Source: Nitrososphaerales archaeon
GTDB lineage: Archaea; Thermoproteota; Nitrososphaeria; Nitrososphaerales; UBA213
Assembly: GCA_965197925.1 (NCBI GenBank)
Contig: CBDAOC010000020.1
Location: forward strand, 608,001 to 672,000
Length of the DNA stretch: 64,000 nt
Direction of reading: 5' to 3'
Of this stretch, positions 57,237-64,000 are shown in pieces. Numbering within the stretch: position 1 is the first letter of the stretch; the number at the start of each line of letters is the position of its first letter. The position numbers and the translations under genes were made by a program. The notes under the pieces are model-generated. The model had not been told where the DNA came from and ran no database searches. It saw only the letters and a list, made by a program, of their open reading frames with translations.

Positions 57237-58116
57237 GAAGTCATCCCAATACTCTCCAATACATCATAATCGACGAAATGATAACAAATGCCAGATAGTT
57301 TTGTGCATTCTTCTCATATCTGATCCTGGTTCTGTGGAACCCATTCTTCAACCAGGCAAAGAATCTCTCCACAACATAGCGCGTCTTGCCGTATAGGTAT
57401 TGTTCTGTATTATCATTTTGTTGTTGTGTCTTACTGTTTTTTCTGTAAGGCATGCAGTCAGAGATTTTTCTTTTGGTGAGGTATTTCCTGATGAATTCTG
57501 CATCATAGCCCTTGTCTGCTTGGCACCGCGCAATTTTTCTGATAGATCTCTCATCCAGATATTGTGAGATGCCATCCATCACGTCTACAAATCTTGCAGA
57601 GTCATGCTGATTTGCAGGACCCATCACTACTGAGACTGGCAGTCCGTTTTGTTCCACCGCAACGTGTATTTTTGTGCCTGAAATCCTGTTGAATCCGTTG
57701 TATCCTATGACGCTTCCCCTTTTTTGGCCGGAACTGATGACGAATCGACCGTTTTTTGCAGCTGCATCTTGCCTGATCTGTGGGCTGATTTGACTGCAGC
57801 GGAGAGGATATTCTTCCATATTCCACGTCGCTGCCAGTTCTGCAGTCTGCGGTGCGCAGTTGATTTGGAGCCGTACCTTTGTGACATCCCAGTCCACCTG
57901 CATCCTGTTATCCCGACAAACAGGATTCCGTTGACTGTCTTTCTGTCGTCTGCCCTTGGCCTTCCGGTTCTGGCTGGCTTGGGGAGATGCGGTGATATCA
58001 TCTTCCATTGTTCACCTGTTATCTCCTGAAATTTCATGATCTGCTACGGGCAGCATTGCAAATAGATCCAAATGATCGTCAATTATTCACTAAATGATCA
58101 GTTTTGGGATCAGTTG
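57237..58116 (-). mobile_element. IS5-family element, group C copy 2; potentially functional via a -1 frameshift
   Basis: ORF1 57705..58037 and ORF2 to 57241 overlap at AAAAAAGGGG; VDSS, ADKGYD and VERFF are all intact. Confidence 0.9.
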
Positions 58117-58427
58117 GTAGATACATTCTAAGTGTGGATATACTCTAAGATAGAATCCTTCATGAAGCCATTCCACAAACTTTCTGTAGCTCTTCCCTTG
58201 ATACTGTCTTAGCATTAGAAGGATAAGGTGTTGCCATACAGTATGCATATGGTTTATCTTCCTGTGCATGTAGAGCGATACTCTAGCCCTTATCAAGACA
58301 TTAAGTATTGCTTTTGAAAGTTTGCAGTATCTAGATTCCCAAGCATGGGCATGATAGGTATCCAACGATTGATCTTACGATGTAATTCTATATTCAATAA
58401 GCTACAATCTATGGTTTCTACAGAGTC
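58117..58427 (-). mobile_element. Transposase N-terminal remnant, group D copy 1
   Basis: TVWQH..LL.LRQY.GKSYR.FVEWL; end motif ttctacagag shared with the 59.6 kb copy. Confidence 0.65.
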
Positions 58428-58476
58428 TTGATCTTCAAATGTTTTTATAACGTTATTAGTACCATATTCATGTTAA

Positions 58477-58749
58477 ATGAATAATTACTATCTAAGAATG
58501 ATAATGTGGATGGCTGTTACTGCTGCGTTAAGCTTCTTTTTAATTCGTTTCTTTGGTCTGATAATAGGCTTGGCACTTTCATTTGGGATATTCATTCTCA
58601 TGAACATAATGGTAAGAAAAAGAGCATTTAGAACGAGTTTGGGGGGGGCTGCTAGTGGTTTAACATATAGGTGTATTGTTTGTGATCATCGGTTCAGGGG
58701 AGGAATTTGTCCAAGGTGCGGTTCTAAGATGAGGAAAGCAGAATTTTGA
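58477..58749 (+). CDS. Small membrane protein with a C-terminal zinc ribbon
   Basis: Two TM segments, then CIVC...CPRCGSKM. Confidence 0.7.
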   Translation: MNNYYLRMIMWMAVTAALSFFLIRFFGLIIGLALSFGIFILMNIMVRKRAFRTSLGGAASGLTYRCIVCDHRFRGGICPRCGSKMRKAEF

Positions 58750-58963
58750 CTTGTTAGAATTGACGAAATGACTATTGCGAGTATGGTCCCCATGTTCTCC
58801 TCAGATCTTGAATATGTGCTCCAGAAAAATTAATTTAGAATAGCTAGTTTCGATTTATTGCTGAATTTTGAAACTTTATGAAATGATGAGTTTTTGGAAA
58901 AAAAATCATCGGATAAAGAAACTTTATCGGAAGATTTCAACAATACGATTTTTTTTCCTAACC

Positions 58964-59215
58964 TCAAGCTACGGTGAAATAAAGTCTACGATCTTTCTTT
59001 CCCTGGTTTTCAGCCTTTAGTAATCGTACCTGCACAATCTCTCTCAAACTGCCAACGTGAGTACTGCCATCCGCCCGTATATCTAGATCTTTTATTTCAA
59101 GAACCCCCAAAATCTCAACATTAGGAATTGTAGCGTGTACAAGCTTCACTACGGCAGAGATTTTTAGGGCTTGTCTATTCATAAAATATGTTTTTATACT
59201 GGGATCATTTTGCAC
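58964..59215 (-). pseudogene. C-terminal remnant of an AlaX-type tRNA editing protein
   Basis: EIKDLDIRADGSTHV.SLREI...ENQGKKDRRLYF resembles AlaX D.QADGGTHV...EIG...NKGK.NRR.YF; 5' part replaced by an IS remnant. Confidence 0.55.
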
Positions 59216-59261
59216 AAATTAATTGACTTGCCTATAGAACTCTTCGGCCATGGTTCTGTTA

Positions 59262-59604
59262 CTTCTGAAGAGTTGTATAATGTGGGACTAACTGTAGATA
59301 CATTCTAAGTGTGGATATACTCTAAGATAGAATCCTTCATGAAGCCATTCCACAAACTTTCTGTAGCTCTTCCCTTGATACTGTCTTAGCATTAGAAGGA
59401 TAAGGTGTTGCCATACAGTATGCATATGGTTTATCTTCCTGTGCATGTAGAGCGATACTCTAGCCCTTATCAAGACATTAAGTATTGCTTTTGAAAGTTT
59501 GCAGTATCTAGATTCCCAAGCATGGGCATGAATGGCACGGAACACATTGTCTAATGATGTAATTTAGTATACAATAGGTTAAAATTCATGTCTTCTACAG
59601 AGCC
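59262..59604 (-). mobile_element. Transposase N-terminal remnant, group D copy 2
   Basis: About 240 bp nearly identical to 58117-58355; continues into PHYTTLQK*. Confidence 0.65.
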
Positions 59605-59855
59605 ATTATCATGAAAATTCTATATTGGATAAATTTAGTATATTTGAAAATTCAGATAAAGTGGAGATATCAAAATAATATTATCATCAGATAGATCTGA
59701 TCAAAGTTGCAGTCAAATTTAAAGAAACTTCTATTATTGTTGTGTGGGAATGTCACTAGCATCCATAATCCTTATGCATGATCTAAGCCTGTGTCACCAC
59801 TTGATTCTGGTATTGTAACAAATAGGAGAGTAATGGATGGATGCCACAACATGAA

Positions 59856-61817
59856 TCATCTAAGGACTGATTTCTTCAGATCTTCATAAGCTTTCTTTAC
59901 TTCCTCTATAGCTGAGCCATCCTCAAGAGTTGTTATATCACCAATCACTGACTCGCTCACTACAGCTTTAATCAATCTTCGCATTATCTTCCCGCTTCTG
60001 GTTTTCGGTAATTTATTTACAAAATAGATCTCTTCTGGTGTAGCAATTGGTCCTACCTCATTTCTAATGTGCTCGATAAGTTCTTCCTTCAATTTTTTAT
60101 TCGCAGTGTAGCCTGTTCGTAGAACCAAAAATACTACTACACTTTCTCCTTTTATATTATGTGGTTTACCTCCAACAGCGGCCTCTGCAACTGCCTTGTG
60201 TGCGACTAATACGCTTTCGAGCTCCATAGTTCCGAGTCTGTGTCCCGCAACCTTTAGAACATCATCTGCACGACCCAACAACCACAGATATCCATCATCA
60301 TCTATTAGAGCATAATCACCAGGGTAGTACAAGTTGTGAAACCTTGACCAATAGACCTGTTTGTATTTTTCATCATCCTTCCACAATGTAAGCAACATGC
60401 CAGGCCAAGGTTTTCTTATTGCTAGATAGCCCTTCGTGTTTGGAGAAACTTCCTCACCATTTTCGTCAACAACACAAGCGTCTATCCCAGGTATTGGAAA
60501 GGTTCCGGACCCAGGCTTCATTGGAACTAATTCTATCCCAGGAACACCACTAATCAATGCTGCTCCAGTTTCTGTCTGCCACCAAGTATCTACGACTGGA
60601 CAATTTTCATTCCCAATGGTTTTGTAGTACCAATGCCATACTTCTGGATTTATAGACTCGCCAACCGTACCGAGTAAGCGTAACGAACTCAAGTCATATG
60701 CTTTTGGATATTGATCTCCAAGACGCATGAACATCCTTAGAGCAGTAGGTGTTGTGTATAAAATACTGACTTTGTAACTTTCAATGATATTCCACCACCT
60801 ATCTGGTTTTGGAAAATCTGGAGCACCCTCATACATGACTGAAGTTGCTCCATGTAACATAGGCCCATACACAATGTATGTATGCCCAGTAATCCATCCT
60901 ATATCAGCGGTGCACCAATATACATCAATAGGCTTAATGTCGAAGATCCATTTTGTAGTGGCATGGACAAAAGTCAGATACCCACCAGTCCCATGCATAA
61001 TACCCTTTGGTTTACCTGTTGTTCCTGAAGTGTATAATATGAATAATGGATGTGTGCTTTCGAGCTTTTCTGGTTCGCAGTAATCATCGGCATCATTAAT
61101 AATATCATTCCATTTTTTATCAATTGGATTCATAACAACATCGATATTCATCCTGTTGAATGTAATAACGTTCTTCACGCTGCTGCATGATCTTACAGCA
61201 TCATCAACAACTTCTTTCAGTTTAATTGACTTGCCCCTCCTGTAACCTGCATCTGCAGTTATCACAACTTTAGATTGTGAATCATTAACCCTATCTGCTA
61301 TAGCTTTTGCGCTGAATCCTGAGAATATTACTGAATGTGTTACACCCAGTCTTGCACATGCAAGCATAGCAATCGGAAGTTCAGGGATCATAGGTAAGTA
61401 AAAGGTAACCCTATCACCCTTTCCTATACCTAACTTTTTCAAACCATTTGCAAGTCTGTTTACCAGTTTATACAGATTATAATATGTCAATTTCCTTCTC
61501 TCCCCATTCTCGCCTTCCCATAGTATAGCAATTTTATTCTTCACGTCAGTTTGCATATGTTTATCCAAGATATTGTATGATGCGTTGATTAAGCCGCCTA
61601 CGAACCACTTCGCAAATGGAGGATTCCACTCAAGAACATTGTTCCATGATTTGTCCCATGTTAAGTAATTGGCCTGTTGTTCCCAAAACTTTTCTGGATC
61701 TTTTAGTGCATTTTTTCTGAATTCCATTAATTTTCTACCATCACCAGATCCTTTTGTAATTCTTAGTCTCATACTTTTCTCGTAAAGTTTTACAGGTTTA
61801 GAATCAGCGGTAGACAT
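59856..61817 (-). CDS. acs: Acetyl-CoA synthetase (AMP-forming)
   Basis: YTSGTTGKPKG, DTWWQTETG, PKTRSGKIMRR. Confidence 0.95.
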   Translation of the reverse strand: MSTADSKPVKLYEKSMRLRITKGSGDGRKLMEFRKNALKDPEKFWEQQANYLTWDKSWNNVLEWNPPFAKWFVGGLINASYNILDKHMQTDVKNKIAILWEGENGERRKLTYYNLYKLVNRLANGLKKLGIGKGDRVTFYLPMIPELPIAMLACARLGVTHSVIFSGFSAKAIADRVNDSQSKVVITADAGYRRGKSIKLKEVVDDAVRSCSSVKNVITFNRMNIDVVMNPIDKKWNDIINDADDYCEPEKLESTHPLFILYTSGTTGKPKGIMHGTGGYLTFVHATTKWIFDIKPIDVYWCTADIGWITGHTYIVYGPMLHGATSVMYEGAPDFPKPDRWWNIIESYKVSILYTTPTALRMFMRLGDQYPKAYDLSSLRLLGTVGESINPEVWHWYYKTIGNENCPVVDTWWQTETGAALISGVPGIELVPMKPGSGTFPIPGIDACVVDENGEEVSPNTKGYLAIRKPWPGMLLTLWKDDEKYKQVYWSRFHNLYYPGDYALIDDDGYLWLLGRADDVLKVAGHRLGTMELESVLVAHKAVAEAAVGGKPHNIKGESVVVFLVLRTGYTANKKLKEELIEHIRNEVGPIATPEEIYFVNKLPKTRSGKIMRRLIKAVVSESVIGDITTLEDGSAIEEVKKAYEDLKKSVLR

Positions 61818-61924
61818 AGAAAATTGTTTTATAGTAATTCATAATAAATTTTTTGTATATATTCGAACACAGGGGCTGGTAATTCACAGAATTCTTAAAT
61901 TACTAGTATGTTATTTGTCTCTAG

Positions 61925-63559
61925 ATGGATTTTATTACCGAAGAATATAGCGAGGAAGAGAAACTAATTCTCAAGAAACACTTTTCCAATGTTGATAAGC
62001 CCATTTTCGCAATTTTGACGTCCAGACAGGTTGATCGTGGTGCTCTCATGTCAAGATATAGCAGATCCAACAAAGGCATGCGTCGAATATTCCTAGACGA
62101 GTTTCTAAAAAACCCCGACCGTGGTGAAGAATTCTACAACAGGGTGTTGCTGGAATATGGGGATGACTCCGTTGCTGAACTCGGTGAAGCACAGATCGCA
62201 ATGGAAAGTATCTCTAACATTGCTACACAGAAGATTGAAGATAGAAGAATCGGACTATCATTTTTAGAAAAATCATCAAGGTATGTTACCTTCGACCAGA
62301 AACTGAATGGTAGGTACCAATATTACCGTGATTCTGTCATAACGAATTCACAATTTGCTGACAAATACATTGAAGCATGTGAGCTCGATTTCAACACCTA
62401 CCATAAATATCTAGATGATATGATAAAGTACGTTCAAGAGAAAGAACCTATAGGTTCTATGGCGTTCAGGGATAGCGGATCCAAAAGGGAAGTTCCCTTT
62501 GGTAATCTCAAAAGCCAGAATGATATTGATTCTGCAAAACGAATCTATACAGCTACTACTAAAGCAAAAGGGCTCGATATCCTTCGATCACTCTTACCTG
62601 CATCTACACTTACTAATGTGGGTATAACTGGAAATGGTAGGGCGTTTGAATATCTATTATCAATTCTTTATAGATCAGAACTAGAAGAGGAGAGGAATAT
62701 TGCTAAGTTGTTGCATGAAGAACTTAATCTAGTTATACCTCCTTTTATTAAGAGAGCTACGGATAATTACGGAAGAGCATTACAAGAATACTTTAGCAAA
62801 ACGGAAGGTGCAATAAGATTATTAGTTAAGAAATACTTAGGTAGCATACCTTTACATCCTGTAGAACCTGTCTCTTTGATAGAGTATGAAGATAATGAAA
62901 AGGCAGAAATAAAAACAGTAGCAGCAATTCTCTATGAACAGGCGAAAGGTCACTCCCTTGCACAGATAAAGGAAATTACAAAGTCTATGTCAGAAGAAGA
63001 GAGAAAAAAGATAATTGATGTCTACACTTCTCATAGAATGAACAGGAGACACAGACCGGGTAGAGCCTTTGAAGTAATCGATTATACGTTTGATTTGTTT
63101 ACAAATTTTGGAATGTTCAGGGATTTTCATAGACACAGAATCCTTACGCTAGCGAGGCAATTATTAACAACCAAACATTCCTACTGCGTACCCACCGAAG
63201 TTATTGACCTCGGAATAAAAAAGGAATTTGACGATTGTATGTATAAAACAAATGAAGTATACGAGCAGATGACCGGAAAATTTCCCTATCAAGCACAATA
63301 TCTAGTGAACTTTGCCTATCGTTATCCTTACTTCATGAAGATGAATTTGAGGGAAGCATGTCACTTGATAGAGTTGCGTACTGTTCCTCAAGGACATCCC
63401 GATTATAGGAAGGTTGCACAGAAGATGTATTATGCGATAGAAAGTGTGCATCCGGACTTGGCAAGAGGAATACGCTTTGTAAATCTACAGGATTATTTGT
63501 TGGAACGGTTACCAGCTGAAAAGAAGACTGAAATGAAAAGGCAAGACTTGGGCATTTAG
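61925..63559 (+). CDS. thyX: FAD-dependent thymidylate synthase, long two-domain type
   Basis: [32 protein letters not shown]. Confidence 0.88.
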   Translation: MDFITEEYSEEEKLILKKHFSNVDKPIFAILTSRQVDRGALMSRYSRSNKGMRRIFLDEFLKNPDRGEEFYNRVLLEYGDDSVAELGEAQIAMESISNIATQKIEDRRIGLSFLEKSSRYVTFDQKLNGRYQYYRDSVITNSQFADKYIEACELDFNTYHKYLDDMIKYVQEKEPIGSMAFRDSGSKREVPFGNLKSQNDIDSAKRIYTATTKAKGLDILRSLLPASTLTNVGITGNGRAFEYLLSILYRSELEEERNIAKLLHEELNLVIPPFIKRATDNYGRALQEYFSKTEGAIRLLVKKYLGSIPLHPVEPVSLIEYEDNEKAEIKTVAAILYEQAKGHSLAQIKEITKSMSEEERKKIIDVYTSHRMNRRHRPGRAFEVIDYTFDLFTNFGMFRDFHRHRILTLARQLLTTKHSYCVPTEVIDLGIKKEFDDCMYKTNEVYEQMTGKFPYQAQYLVNFAYRYPYFMKMNLREACHLIELRTVPQGHPDYRKVAQKMYYAIESVHPDLARGIRFVNLQDYLLERLPAEKKTEMKRQDLGI

Positions 63560-64000
63560 CTGAACCACTGTTCTAGCGTCTGATTACGCGTAGTACTAGC
63601 TTTCTTCAATTTCTGCAATGCAGAGCTGATTCTCTCTTCGGAAAAGTTTCTTTCTCTACATAGGAACTGTATTATCTCCTTACTATCTGGTTCTTTAAAA
63701 TCGAGATTCTCTATACTCACAACTGTTGGTTGAAGAAATATTTTACGTATATTTTCATATTCAATTTCGTTCAACTTTTCCTTCATATCAGGTATATCTT
63801 CCAGCCTACCACACTCCCTAATCATCTTAAGCGCTTTTTTGGATCCTATGCCTCTGAAGCCATCTGGATTGAAATCTGTGCCAATAAGAATGCCTATATC
63901 TACAAATTGTTCCCTACTTATTTCAAGGGTTTGAAGGATCTTTTCAAGAGTCATAACTTCTGGTTCAACATTTATGAATATTTGTTTATTCGGAAGTTTC
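63556..64000 (-). CDS. fen: Flap endonuclease 1, C-terminal part; 5' end lies outside the window
   Basis: [26 protein letters not shown] box QTLEQWF. Confidence 0.93.
   Translation of the reverse strand, partial: KLPNKQIFINVEPEVMTLEKILQTLEISREQFVDIGILIGTDFNPDGFRGIGSKKALKMIRECGRLEDIPDMKEKLNEIEYENIRKIFLQPTVVSIENLDFKEPDSKEIIQFLCRERNFSEERISSALQKLKKASTTRNQTLEQWFS

Overview
Archaeal DNA, most likely Nitrososphaerota (Thaumarchaeota). This rests on the archaeal histone, L7Ae/S28e/L24e, S17e, aIF2-beta, aIF5B, CDC48, FEN1, Cgi121, a short PurA, a long ThyX and several small protein families typical of that phylum. The core genes (about 28-36 kb and 43-64 kb) are intact. The accessory part (about 3.3-27 kb) is heavily decayed. 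The window holds about 15 IS5-family copies or remnants in five sequence groups (roughly 12 kb, about 18%), some nested, plus about a dozen pseudogenes, including an eroded ndk in its usual position between rpl24e and infB. It opens with an intact RadA-like / two small helical proteins / PolB2 cassette, followed by what may be an integrase N-terminus and tRNA-derived att relic. The most unusual observations are: a DsrC/TusE-like domain that lacks the terminal Cys and is fused to a Cys-rich region; a 10-bp-phased repeat motif shared by its promoter and a wHTH regulator promoter; unannotated micro-ORFs (metallothionein-like and hyperacidic); a ubiquitin-like protein with residues after its GG motif; a 74-bp MITE-like hairpin; and defective IS copies that share the same lesion. 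All family assignments come from motif recognition by eye, not from database searches.
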